This document shows, piece by piece, positions 36,313-49,300 of a stretch of 64,000 nt of DNA. Position 1 is the first letter of the stretch. Each line of letters opens with the position of its first letter. The position numbers and the translations under genes are program-made. The notes under the pieces were generated by a model. The model searched no databases. It was not told the DNA's origin and was given only the letters and a program-made list of their open reading frames with translations. The DNA is taken from positions 1,104,153-1,168,152 of the forward strand of contig MU004231.1 of assembly GCA_010405405.1 (NCBI GenBank). Reading direction: 5' to 3'. The DNA comes from Microthyrium microscopicum (lineage: Eukaryota).

Positions 36313-37056
36313 CTACCTTCTCTGATCAGGGATTCCTATCGTAAATGCCAAAGTACAAACCTTTCTGTATATTTGCTCCGCTTCCTTCTTTTCCTCCAAT
36401 ATCTCTTGCCGACAGAGTTCCGCAAGGCCAAATTGAGACGAAAGGCGGTTTAAATTGTTTTCAGGGGCATGTTCTAGACCTTTGACAGCTTTTCTTTGTT
36501 GGTGGAGCAGCATCGTTCTCTCTTCCTCGAGTTCTTCGGGTGTTGGTAGTGGGGCGTCAAAGTCGATGTCTCCCGGATCGAAGCGAGTAAACCTTGTAGG
36601 AGGAAGATACCATTCATCTGTGATCCCTTTCTTGATTATCTCTGCAGAAATGTTGCGATAGAGCCAGTCGGCCTTCTCATGGAATCCTATCCTTTCATAA
36701 AGCTTCGCAAGATCGAACTGCGTCGCCAACCTTGTTCGATTGTTTGCGCGGACGTTGCAATTGGCAAAGTTGGAAAGCTTCCTCTCTAATTCTCGCTGCA
36801 CAAATTCTGATTCATTGGATGGAAAAAGGAAAAAGCAATCAAATTGTCGAGTGAGGCCTTCCATTGAAAGTTGAAAGTGATCGGTTATGGCAATACCAGT
36901 ATTCCTAGACCTCGAAGGATTGTGTCTGAGAGTGGTGCGATCAAGAAGCATTCGCTGAAAACTGGTTTGAAGACGAGAGCGAGGAGGTTGCTTAACAATC
37001 TTATATAGACTTTTTGATGCGTCCAATCCACCCAGGATCAAGGGTGCAGTAGCCAT
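36313..37056 (-). CDS. Hypothetical protein with two TPR-like repeats
   Basis: RLATQFDLAKLYERIGFHEKADWLYR and RLSSQFGLAELCRQ..EAEQIYR are internal repeats with TPR-like spacing. Confidence 0.5.
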   Translation of the reverse strand: MATAPLILGGLDASKSLYKIVKQPPRSRLQTSFQRMLLDRTTLRHNPSRSRNTGIAITDHFQLSMEGLTRQFDCFFLFPSNESEFVQRELERKLSNFANCNVRANNRTRLATQFDLAKLYERIGFHEKADWLYRNISAEIIKKGITDEWYLPPTRFTRFDPGDIDFDAPLPTPEELEEERTMLLHQQRKAVKGLEHAPENNLNRLSSQFGLAELCRQEILEEKKEAEQIYRKVCTLAFTIGIPDQRR

Positions 37057-37868
37057 GGATGCTACGCCTTATTATGGAGGGCGAAGAGGCTGGGTTGATC
37101 ATGCATTTCAAGTAGACCTTGTTTAGTATTGGTACGTTTTCGCCGTCTGCTTGACGCGATTCACAAGCCATACAGCCTCTTTTCATGCGTATGCTGTACA
37201 GCCTGCAAATGAAGAAGCTCTTGGACTACCGCCAGACGATGCGCCTTTCATCTTGGGCGTAATAGTGGTAGACAACCATCAGCTACACCATCACTGCTTA
37301 GGTGATGTAACGATAAACCGGCTTCGCCTTGTCTTCCCGTGGTGCTTGCCCGTTGTGTCGTCGTTTATCATCTATGGCTTAGCATGGCATTCGTCATCTC
37401 CTGCATTGCCTGTGGGTCAGGTCTGGTACGCATGAAGCACGAGTCGTCGCCCGACATGGCCATGCTACACCAGCTCAGCCTCTCGGCAGAGAAGAGGCGA
37501 TGCATCACTATTCTCAAGAAACATCGACTCCACTGGGGAGCTTCTGTGGTTGATCTTCACCCTGACTTATCCATGTGAGGTGAGACCGGAAAGGTCCGTC
37601 TCCAGCATCGCCCCTTTCACGGCTTTCAAAGCTGTATGCGCATTGATTGCAAGCCTGACTTGTGGAGGCGCTGCCGTGCCGTCTCGGGACAATTGTTTGC
37701 CGGTTTTTAGATTAGGTCATGCGAGCGCCGAGATGTAGGTCCATGGACCTGGAGTATAAAGAGCCGTGTCTATACGTCCTAGAATTCAATCAGCACAGGT
37801 CTATTTCACTTCATCATCTAATCACATTTGAATACAACCCGCATCCCAATACATCTCGCATCGAAGAT

Positions 37869-38647
37869 ATGGCAGCTTGCGTCCCTAAGCACACCGAGAA
37901 CCCGCTTCCCGCGTTCCAAGGAGACAGAATGGAACACTACGTAGCCTCCACTACCTACGAGAGCGCATCAGACTCGTACGTCCTGCTCACGACACTATAA
38001 GTTCGGCACTAACCTTCAGTAGCACTGATTTCGTCTTTCTGGACCCAAATCAATATTTTCAATCAGAGCTTTTCAGTCTCGGCATGATGCCAACGGCCGA
38101 CGCTCTCGAGGCGTACTGCGATTATGGCGACCTCGTAGAATACTCATTCGAACCCTATATCGCAACAGCATCTGCGCCCATAACAGAAGGTCACCTCAAT
38201 CATTCCATGAGTCCTCTTGAACGAACGCAGCCCAACGCCGGCTTATCACTTTCAACGAATAAAGAAATCCTTCCAAGAGAGAATCCAACCGTCACCGTCC
38301 AGCAAGTGGCCAGCGATAAGAGGGGTAACACGCCAACAAAGAAAGAACAGCGTAATCTAGCCCGACAAAGACGGCGGCTAAGGAACAGAGTGACCGCGTA
38401 AGTTCTTCAATCTGCGATTGTTCAAACTATAAGCACTGACATTAGCCACAGAGCGGAGTCTCGCGAGAGGAAGAAAGCTGAATTGGAAGAACTACAACAG
38501 AGAGTTGAAGCCCTGCTCAAACGAGAGTCTGAGCTTGAGAGACAAGTGCAGGTCTTTCAACAAGATATAAAGGTTCTTTCTCTTCAGAACGAGGTGATAA
38601 CGCAGGAGAACGCTAGGTTATGCTTGGAGATGGATAGAGCTGCTTAG
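37869..38647 (+). CDS. bZIP transcription factor; 3 exons
   Basis: Splicing 38398-38450 gives RRRLRNRVTAAESRERKKAELEELQQRVEALLKRESELERQVQVFQQ, a basic region plus leucine zipper. TATA at 37755. Confidence 0.8.
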
Positions 38648-39021
38648 AAGTCGTGTGTGTAGGGTTCGGTCATTTGAGACCAGTAGCGTTGATACGTCGT
38701 TATGAAAATCAATCTGCAGTTCCTGTCCCTTCAAGTGACCAGCTGTGACTGAAGAAGAAATGGATGGACGATGGATTTGAGTATGGTCCAAGCTCAGCCT
38801 TTCCCGCCGTCGGCCCGGCGCACGCTTTAGGCCAATAGGGTTTTAGCGAGCGGCAGGCCTGGTCTCGGAAGATCTATTTCGTTCTACCTGCAAAGTCTGT
38901 ACGGGAAGCGCGCTTAAGCATGAGTTTGCCCCAAGTATTTCAGGATTGATCTTCAAAAAAGAGCAAGTTCTATGAATCGAAACAAGAAATACGCTGATAT
39001 ACGCCTCAACAACCACGATTC

Positions 39022-41412
39022 TTAAAGCGGAAGAAAGCCACTGGAGCGACCTGTGATCTCATCTGTCGTCGTGCCATTTCCCAACGCCAGGCCTCCGCTT
39101 TGGGGTAGCTCGTCTAGGCTCCTAGCCACAGCATCCCAATCTCCGTAGAACTCATGTACTCTCACGTCACTTTCTTCTCCGTCTTTGGAAATCAGCCCAT
39201 GGCCCATAGTGGCGCCCCACAAGCCTTCGACATTGATCGCGTGGTCATTGGCAATATCTTCGGCTTGGCGCTCCAGCTGCACCGTATAAACTGGCCCATG
39301 AATCCAGTCTTCACCATTTCTGGATGCTTCTCCTCCGGGTAGGCTTCCGCTGGGAAGAACCAGGTGCTGCCGCCGTCCTGCGACACAGGGTGCCACGGTG
39401 TGACCCATAAGGCGGTGGCGTCGTTGACGGTGATTACTGTCATAGTCCTGCCTTTAGCCTGGTCGGTATGACATTCCAACACCGTTCGCACTGCCTTGCT
39501 TTTTCCCTGAAGTGTCTTCACGGTGTCGCCGGGGCGCAGTTTCTCGATCGGCATGGTCTTTGTGGTACCGTTGGCAGGATCTACCACCAAAACCTTTGTG
39601 TTTCCAGCGAAACAATTACTTCCCGGCTTCCTATACCGACTCATCTTGATCGGAGTAGGAATTGGAGTAACATGGCGGCCCGCTACGGTGTCGTCGTAGG
39701 AAGGAGGCGCAGGTAGCCTTGGAGCTGGAGCCACAGGTAGCCTCGAAGCTGGAGGCGCGGGAAGTGAGTCGAAAAGGCCATCGAGCACATCAAGCTCGTT
39801 GCAAAACAGCTGGCTCCCCTTGCCATAATGCTGCGTACCCGGGTCCTTGAACGAGAAGCACTTTTGGTATTGGTGCGCCATCAGCAGGCTGGACAAGTAG
39901 TGGCGGCCCCATTTCTGCCAGCTCCCGTTTTGGAGTGCCAGCTCGATCTCGCCTTTCTTGTTCTCAGCGCCCACCAGATCCATGATGAGACCAAGGTTGA
40001 GCGGGTCGTGAATGAAGTTGCTAGCGGGCAGTCGAGAGACTAAATGCTGTATGTCGTTGCTTGTCGGGATCCGATGATCCAACAGCGCCTTGTGTTCGTC
40101 CCGTTCAGTAAGTGGGAACAGCTGAGAAAGAAATTCGACCAGCATCGCGCGTGAAGTATGGAAGGCTATCTCGGCGGAAGAGAGCCTTGGGTTATTGATA
40201 GAGAGTCCACTCTCGGCCGATACCCACTTGATTTCACGTCCTTGTCGATACTTTAACGTGGCCCGTATGCAGGACGACCGGAGTGAATGTCTTTGGGTTT
40301 TGGACAGCTCGCCAGAGCGGTCTCGGAGTTGGAAGAAAAGATCGCGGGACTGTCCAAACCGGATTGTTCTTAGGTTGATAGAGTATTCCACGTGAGCACC
40401 TTCTCGTTCGCTTGTGACTTTCTTAGGAGCTGCCTTGCCGATGTAAAGTCCAAGCTCCGTGAGATCCAGGAAATTTGGGTAGCTCAATGTCATGGTAGCA
40501 TCGTGAGCGTATGTAACCTTCAGGTTGGCGACAGCGTGATTGAAGACAGTACCGAGCATACTGGTATCAGGGACGAAGCAGTAATCGCCCCCGCCAAATT
40601 CGGCTATCGACTGCAGGAGGCCGTCTTGCAATTTATAGCCAAACCCAAAAGTGTGGATCGGAACAGGCATGTTCTGTAATCCCCTTTCTTTACACCACCT
40701 GCCCATCGCGGCGATGATACTATTGGAAAGACGCTCGTTGGGTTGACCATCGGTAAAGATCTTAATCGCTCCTGTCATGCATGGATTGCCACTGAGCTGG
40801 TCGAGTGCGAGTCTCATTCCGGACCACAGATACGTATATTCTTCTGGTTGCATGCTTAAGATTTTCTCCTTTGCGAAGCTCTTATTCTTGCTATCCATGT
40901 GAAGAGCTTGGAAGAGGACCTGTGAAAAAAGCGTTAGCAGGCTTACCACAGTGGGTGAAAGGATTTGTTACCTTGCAATCCGTTGAAAATGTTACCACGC
41001 AAAGTGTATCATGCTTGTTGAGGCTCTCAACGAGGGTACACGCGGCATGTTTTGTTAAGTCAAGTACCGTGAACCCCTTCTGTTCCGATTCCTCGCCTTC
41101 ACTACTTGGAGGTACGGGCGCTAGATCATTCATACTTCCTGATACGTCAATCAACAGTACAAGCTCCATAGGTCCACGGGTCTCATTTGCGACTGGCTCT
41201 GCGGGTGGAACTACCTTAACGATGAGACCGTCGCGATCAACTCGGTGAACTGAGACTTTGCAGGCAAACTGCGGCTGTGGTACGGAGTCTTCTTTGATGC
41301 GGAGTGCAAGATGGGTGGGACTGTGGTCGGGCATAATGATATCGTAGTCGTCATCCTTCTCCTTCTTCTCGTCGTTGACCGCCTCGTTGATCGTTCCGTT
41401 GAGCCAAGTCAT
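39022..41412 (-). CDS. vWA - Vwaint - Hint - Vint protein (one intron; frameshift near 39300 in this sequence)
   Basis: LLIDVSGSM (MIDAS), FTDG, IHTFGFGY; KWGRHYL..AH..C..FKDPG; Hint NCFAGNTKV and VTPWHPV; VYTVQL..HAINVEG..ATMGHG..HEFYGD in the shifted frame. Intron ~40919-40971. Confidence 0.8.
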
Positions 41413-42159
41413 AGGTGCTCGCTCGATCCCAGTGAATGATAAAGCTGATGAGAGAGATGGTGGAACCTGTGAGGGCGAATGACGTTTCAATTGTTGGGTT
41501 GTTAGGATATGATAAAAAGTTGAATGTGCGAGAGACTTTCGTTGGAGTCAATGCCACGGTGGGAATTGAAAGATGCTGTGCCAGAGATGGCGGTATGCTA
41601 GACACCAGAAGCTCTCCTTATATGTACACACAGAGGGCATGTGCCAGCGGGCGGTGATGTGGCTATGGTATGAATTGCATGGAAGCAACTGCATGATTGC
41701 CTTGAAATCATATGAGAGATGATGCAAGATTGGGCCATCTGGTACAGCCCAAGCCGCAGGACTCAGTAGGGATGATCCAAGCCTACGAACGATGCTGTGC
41801 ATTCACGAGCAGTCCGGTAAGGTCGAACCCTGGCCGTGGCTCGTTGCCCGAACGCATAGAGATGGCAACTGCTTGCTGTGCCTCCTGCGCCTTGTCTTGT
41901 CCGGTGATATGCCTCCAACATGTTTCTTCTCGAGATGTGCCGCCTGTTCATTCGCTTCGTAGGAAGGCTTCAGAGAACCGCCACCGCCATAACGTGACGA
42001 GATGAAAGGCGAAGTAGAACCAGCGGACGTGGCTCTCAGAGGTGAAAATGTAGAGCGCGCAGCGTATAAGTGCTAAAGAAGTTCAGAAACTTCCTGCTCA
42101 AACGCATCTGCAACGATTCGAATCTTTCAAGACCAGTCAATTCCACCGCAACACTTCAA

Positions 42160-42860
42160 ATGGACGATTTCGTGCTGCTCCCTACCTGCGAAGGTATAGA
42201 AATGGCTGTAGGCTTCTGCCGCGATCTCGACTCATCCAGGTGCTAATAAACTTTTCCAGGAATCTATTGGCGCTGCCGACACTGTCAAATATGATGTCTC
42301 TTACAGATCAGCTCTCGAGTCACTTGGCGAGAAGTCAAAGGATAAAAATCATGTGGTCGGGACTGCACCAGCCAATAATTCTCAAAACGTTGCAATAAAT
42401 GGTCAAGAACTGAATGGTGAGTAAATAGTTCATCACTCCGAGATCGAGCCTGAACTGTGGTTTAGCAATTCTAGCACTCTGTAACCGCACACAAAGCAAT
42501 ACTGCAACTCTGGCAATTGCTTTTCTCCAGTTGCAACAGCGCGAGTCACTTCAACAGACGCAGAACTGGAGGCTGGAACAAAGAATTTCGACTCTAGAGA
42601 TGCATATCTGGAGGCTAGAAAACCAACTCTTACAACAAGACTGTGTGTTTGTGCGCAGGGACGAACAAGAAGACCGGCTCAGTGGAATTGACGAGCAGAT
42701 GGAAACAATCAGGAACGATATCGATATGTTCGGTGACAGAATCTTGGAGCTTGAAAGCGGCAGCGGAGATTCGAAAGGACATTCAGATGCTGACCTGGCT
42801 GGGGCAAAGGCTCTTCTCGGACTAACGATGGGTAATAGTGGTTCGGAAAGCTCTGTTTAG
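42160..42860 (+). CDS. Hypothetical coiled-coil protein, multi-exon
   Basis: ATG 42160 after a TATA at 42065, GT-AG introns, last exon has heptad repeats (LEQRISTLE..LENQL). Confidence 0.45.
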
Positions 42861-42943
42861 AAAGTCAAGGATGTGTGATAGTATGATTGACTTACACTGT
42901 TTCAAGCTGTTCACCTTTCTTGACTTGCGTCTCTACTTGTGAA

Positions 42944-43124
42944 GGGGACCAAAAATGGGACCCGGCGGTATAACATCTTCGCCATATCCTGGTGTCCTCT
43001 CATTGGTCGTAATTAGCTGGGATTCAGCCTGATCCATGCTGCACCGCCACGGATAGGGTAAGCCTGGTCATTGAGCAACCAATCAAGTGATTGGATGTCT
43101 GGGGGGACCATTTTTGGTCCCCCC
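42944..43124. promoter_or_regulatory. Conserved non-coding cassette, copy 2
   Basis: Same block order as 35339-35485; ends 90 bp upstream of ATG 43214. Confidence 0.6.
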
Positions 43125-43213
43125 AGGAAAATCAATTGAAATACGCTCGATGATGGAATTCAAGATTGCTTAAACAATTACAATACTTCGCTGCAACACA
43201 GAGAGAGAGAGAT

Positions 43214-43979
43214 ATGGAGAGAAAAATGCGTCAGAGTAATGTCGACCGTGACCAGTGGAGAGTATTGTGCCGTGAGCGGCTCTCAAAACACATTCGTAAG
43301 TCAACAGAAAACTTCATGGAAATATAGCTTACACCATTGGAGAAAGCACTCTTGGAATCAACGTAAAGCCGTCTGAAGTTCGCCTCAGTCCTACCCCAAA
43401 CGACCCATATGCTTGGAAGATCTTGCCTGAAAAACGCAAAACTTTTTCAGAGATATTCACCAAGAATCTAAGCCAGCATTCCATCAACGCATACAAAGCT
43501 TTATGTGAAGGAGTGGGAATCTCATTTGAGGCTGTATATGCATCTACCTATGATACCAGCAAATTGGACCAGCTCACTCCTGTAAGCTCAAGTTCAAGAC
43601 GTCACACCTGCGAGATCTTTCTAATGCATATATATAGCTTCGAACAGACGACGTTAGCTTCAGTACCAAGATCGATCATCTACAAGGTGCAAATGCCAAG
43701 CTTCAAGAGGAGATTGAAGTATGGAAGGAGAAGGCAACCAAGGAATCTCAGCGAGTGAAGCTTACAGAAGAACAGTACTGCGGAGTCCGCGAGAGTTTAG
43801 AAGAACAGCTTCGCAAGATGTACGAGAGTAATCAGCAGCTTCATGAGCAGGTGGAGAGATATGCAGCCAGCACAGAGTACTTGAAAGACATGCTTGCGAG
43901 ATGCTTCGAAGGTTTAGGAACGGCATTGCCAGTGTTGGAGGAGATGAAGAAGGGTGTTTCGTCAGTAGTAGTCTCTTAA
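43214..43979 (+). CDS. Hypothetical protein with C-terminal coiled coil, multi-exon
   Basis: ATG 43214, donor GTAAGT at 43296, LGINVKPSEVRLSPTPNDPYAW block, and ORFs 43423 and 43755 separated by a probable intron. Confidence 0.5.
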
Positions 43980-44544
43980 GTCGATAGAGCTACTTGCAGG
44001 AATAGAAAGGCCAGCTTAGGTCTTTGATTTTAGTTTTAGACGCGGGGCCACGTACAAAGAATGGAAGATTCATTCAGTACACCGAATGTCAATGGCTTGG
44101 AGAAGAACCCGCCTTGAAGCAGTTGATCAGCAGCTGCTCCGTAAGATGCATTTGACTGGCACGCTAGAGCCGATTACAAAATGGCAATCATTTGCCACTA
44201 CCTCCTCCTAGCAAATGCGCCCACATCCACTTTCACACACGTTGCTACTCGATCCAACAATCCCCATTTCAGGAACGGTGGATTAAGGCTCCGAAACTTT
44301 TCTTCGTGGAGGCGAATGGGCTTTAGGTTCACTCTAGTCTCGATCCACGATGTCTGTCCGCCAATGCTGCACAGTGAGGTAGGTCTGTACGCCAAGAGCG
44401 TTGCACCAGGGCGCGACTAAAAGGCGAAAACTGTTGGAGTAGATGTTGGCTTTGACGATGGTAAGAACAACGATTGTGACGGATCTGCCAGACTGAACCG
44501 TTTGGTCCGTTAGCCACCGCATAGATATTGGGAAACCACAGCTC

Positions 44545-45612
44545 CTACCAGCTTTGAGAAGCGTGCGGAACGAGTGAGCTTGCATGACGAAGGATAACAA
44601 CGATACCATCAGAGCTGCGAGACATAAATGCTTCCACATCTGTGGGCATGGCAGTCGACGCGAGGGACGCCTCTGACTGCGATGGTGACTCTCGTTCTCC
44701 CTGCCAGGCATGCTCGACTGCTTTAACTGCTGCTAGAGGTCTTTCTACTCCTGAAGTCCTCGACTCGCCGTATGCAGTTTTCGCTTCCGTGCCGTAATAA
44801 GAGTCTTCGCCCGACTCATCGTCCGTGTTGGGACCATAACGTTGGAATCGAAGATGCGCAATCAACTCTTCGCCGCTGACTTTGACAGTCTCCAAGCATT
44901 CGACCGCGTTTGAGAGGCAGGGTCGAGAGATGCAGGAGTAGAAACTGCGGCCAACCATATCCTCGCTAGGAACCCCAATTATATGCTCGATGCCACTAGT
45001 GGCGTACATTATTGTCAAGGACCGGGTGTGGCGATTTAAAAAGAGCGCTGCACAAGGCTCTTGGTATCCGTAGCAGGCAGGTTGGAGCGATTTTGACGAC
45101 AAGTTATGTCGCAGGTAGCATTGGGGATCTGTGAGCGAGAACGCGAGTAAACGACGGATAATTGGGGCGTATGATCTGCGAACTACCTATCATTAGCACT
45201 GCAGGTTGGAGGACTGGAGCTACATACGACTGTTCGAGCGATGCGCAGTGGTGCAAGTGAACACCACATTGTAGACGACACTGAAGCATGTCTCGCAAAC
45301 GAGCAGGCTTCCATCGCGCTTGCGGAGCTCAGAAAGTATGAGGGCTGAAGCCTTATCCATGGAAACAGCTCGATGGTGATTCCGGGCGACGAGGTCGTGG
45401 TCTACGGGATGAAAGAAGTTCCACGCTGACCTGCCAATGACCTCATGAGGCATGTAGCCAAGGGTATCAAAAATAGAATCCGAAGAGTACAATATGAGCG
45501 CATTTTGTGTGCGATCTATTCAGCTTGCGCGCGGTCAATGCACTGTGGTTTTGAAATCGACGGGAAGGAGGCCGGAAAGCTTACCGTGGATGGTTATGAA
45601 GGCACTTTCCAT
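44545..45612 (-). CDS. Fungal double-PAS-domain protein; 3 exons
   Basis: MESAFITIH / YSSDSIFDTLGYMPHEVIGRSAWNFFHPVD / EPCAALFLNRHTRSLTIMYATSGIEHIIG / SSDGIVVILRHA. Confidence 0.75.
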
Positions 45613-46381
45613 ACTGTTTGTCTCTACCGCGTATGCGCGTATTTGTTGTTGGCCGACTGGGGAGCATGTGAAGAGGACAAGAAGTGAATCTGAGATCAAA
45701 AGCTGAAATGAAACTGAAGAGGACGAAAGCTAGAGGTGTTGATCGTACAATCTGATGGAGAAGACGCCAGCGACCCGCCCGTCTTGCATCTGCCACCTCG
45801 CTTCATTTGCCGCGACGCGCATAGGATATCAATGGCTTCGCGAATCTTCAATGCTGGAAGCACATTGGCCCTGCGCCAGAATGATGGGTTCCACAAGATT
45901 GTGTCTTGCGTTGGAAGTGGGGAAATCGGGGTTCGGGCCGGCCAGAGCACTAATGCAGGTAACAATCTCCTCAGATTCTGACATACTCCTATGACCTGAA
46001 CATTGACGGTGAAAAGCAATGGAGGGAAAGACGATGTATGGGAGGTTAATATGGGAGGTTAATTGGCTCAAACGAGACGTTGAAGTGGGGGGGAGGGAAC
46101 ATGAGGAGGCCCGGTCGCATCAGCGTGTTGATTAGTCATCCTGCCAGGCCATCAGCCGTAAGTGCCCAGAGCTGCGGAGCAAGGAGGAACTATTCAGGCA
46201 AAGTGCAGGCCGGAATTTCACAGCAAAGTCCTCCAGCTGGAAAATAATAGCATAAAGATTGGAGCGATTCTTCAATATACTCGTAAATCATGAGACTTCA
46301 AACATTCAAAGACGAGTTACCATTCTTTCATCGTGATATTGACCATTAAACATAAACGCCTATGGACTGGCATCAGCTTCT

Positions 46382-49300
46382 CTATGCGAACCTTCTCGGC
46401 CTTCTAACTCTTCGACGGCCCTCGCATGGCTGGTGAAATTCCTCTATCAGATCCTTACACCCTTCAAGGTTTTGAATAGGCTCCCATGTGTTCGCTGAAC
46501 TTGGCCATCCGTGCCACTTGACTCTGTAGAGCGCACTGCCCCCAACCATGTCATGACCAACGATAGCTTCCACCTTGTACTTATCTCTCGTGTTTGACGC
46601 TCTGTCAATACCCCATGATGCCATGTGAGTATTGTCAGTCTCAGCAGGTGGGCTATCTCCAGGGCCGGTTGCAGAATCACCTTGAAGTTATTAGTAGTGA
46701 AGGAGCTAGAATATCATGCGACTTACGTTCAGAAGGAACTATGGCGGCGTCATTGACCTGCTGCCTCGCCGGGTTGTTTGAGGCGTGAAGCACTGAGACA
46801 CTTCGCTCACGAAGCGTCACTCGGTGACATGCATCCACAACATCCGGCACGGAACTAGGAACAAGCTCTTGATAGTCACTGTGGACATGAGTCCAGTGGT
46901 CCACATCGTCATCTCCTGTGAGGTCTATGAATGTGAAGTTCTCGATCGCTAATGGTGGGTCCATTGGGGAGCAACACTGGCGACCAAGCTGATAGTGCAT
47001 ATGCGCTGTACTGGCCAAGGCGTACATGCTCTCTTCCATGTCCATAGTGTCTTTAAAATTGTTAGGATTAGAAGTAAGGTGGAGTTTGAGAGACAAACCT
47101 TGCTGTTGCCATGACGAGGCATCGTCAGACTGGTGCACTGAGCCACCCTCTAGAGACTCAATGGGGACAAAGTCGTCATCGTTCACATACAGCTCCTTGT
47201 AAGAGGCGCTGTCAAGACCGCTTCGGATGTCGTCGCATATAGATGATAGCGGCGTTTGACTACCACTGCTGCGTCTTCCACAGCTACTGCTAGCCGTGCT
47301 AATGGCAAGGGATGGTGTGCGGGAGGATGACTTGCTTGCAAACTTGAAAGCGGTGGCGATTTCCACAGATTCGATGCTGGCGTTGACGAATGTGTATTCC
47401 AATAGCGCTGTCTGCTCTTTTCCTGTCTCAGACTTGATATCCGCCTTGCTCTGGCGGGTGAGTTGTGTTTTCTTCAGATGACTGAAGGATCGTCTATCGG
47501 TTTGATTATTCTTTCTCTTCCGAGTTCTCAGTTTCTTGAGTGAGTGGATACCGTGGGCGTCTTGGAGATGAAACTGGAGTTCCAGGGTGGAATTAAAGGG
47601 AACAGAACATTGTTGTGTTCGAAATTCGCATTTTACCGGCTGCTCTCCCAGAGCATCGATGTGTCTCTGAATGTGGGTCTGCCACTTCGGTTTACTCTTG
47701 AATTGGTACATCCGTTTGCTGGCCGGCAGTCTTGGGTCTACAAGACAGTCATAGCAGAAACCTGGCATCGCAAGAACTCCGTTAAAGACCAGTGGATCGA
47801 GGAAGACGGGGAAACTCTCCAAATCATTGACATGATCTTGGCAGTGGAGTTCCCACGACTCTGTATCGAAGATCCAATCGCTGCAAAGGAAACAAAGTTC
47901 CGCGAAGCCACGATCTTGTTGTTGTGTCTCTTGGAAGCATTTGTATATGTGACTCCAATCGTAAGTTTCGGGACACATTTCTTGAAGGTTCGGCTTTTGC
48001 TCCTGGAAGTCGTCAGTTGCTGTGTTGTCATTGGACCTGCGACAGCATCTGTTAGGTTCCAAGCCTGGACGAAAGTCTACCTCTCTCTCTTTCTCGCACA
48101 GTTCCGTCATGTCTTGGATAACACGAAGGCCGGCGGGACTTCGTAAGTCAGCAACTTCGAACATGTCCTCGGCAAGGCGTTGTCTCGCCGGCATCATGAA
48201 ACTGCAGCGATTGAATATTTCGCGATGATAACCTTGAGGGTCTCCAGGTTGGTATGGCTGTTTCTTCTGCCACTTTCGCAGTTCTCTCTTCATCAGTCTG
48301 GCCTTCTGCTTACGCAGCTTGGTTTCTTCCTCCCGTTGCTGTTCGGTATCCATATCAGGTTCAAGCTTCACAGCAGCCATCTTTTCCTCGAGGTCAAGCC
48401 AGTCTTGGCGATTCTCAATCTCATATTGTTTGGCTGCTGGAAGGCTGTGCCATAGATTCGGGTTTCGAGGCAGAGTTAGCTCTCTGAAGGCGTCGTTCAC
48501 TACATCTCGTCGCTCGTCACCGAGGAACGTGGCCTGGCCATCCACGCCGGCATTTCTGGGCTGGTAGCTTGAATGGAATGTCTCTCTGTCATCTTGCCCG
48601 GCTTGTCCCATCCGCGCATCAGGCGAATAATGCTTGTCTTCGCCACTGTTAGCATGTTTACAACAACTCTCAAGCTTGCGTGCTTACCAGTCAAAAAGAG
48701 GCCTTCTGCCCTCCAGTCGTGAATCGTCGGGGGAACTAGGAAACCAGCTCGGATGCCGCATTCCCGATGTCTGCTGCCAAACGCACTGGCGGTTTCAATC
48801 CTTTTTGCGCCCTTTGTGGATTGATTCAGGAACACGGGTGCATCAAGTAGATCCTCCTCCCAGTGGATCTGGAATGCACGGTGTTCTTGAGTTGGGGTAA
48901 CTGCAAAGAGCTCTTGTAACGTCTTGTAGTCCCTAAAGGCACGACGTCTGAGGAATATAGCCAAGTATGGCAGAAGAGGGTTCTGATAAAGAGGGCGAGG
49001 ATACCGCCCTTCTGCGAATGCATGCTGCGGCCTGTGAGAGGTTTAGTCAATATCCATATTCGAATGTTCACATGACATTACCTTCTGTGAGGAGTGTTGG
49101 TCATGTTCTTCGCGTCCTTCGTAAGCTGCATAGCAAGTTCGGGTCTGTCATCCTCATTCAAAAACACTATTACCATGATATCCTGTGATTCTTTCAGTCA
49201 GCGGAGCCTCGCGCACGATGGTCTTTTTCATCGACGAACCTTGTAGCGCAGGCCTCTTCCGGAACCCCTTCTGGCTGATGATTCAATGTACTCTCCGATT

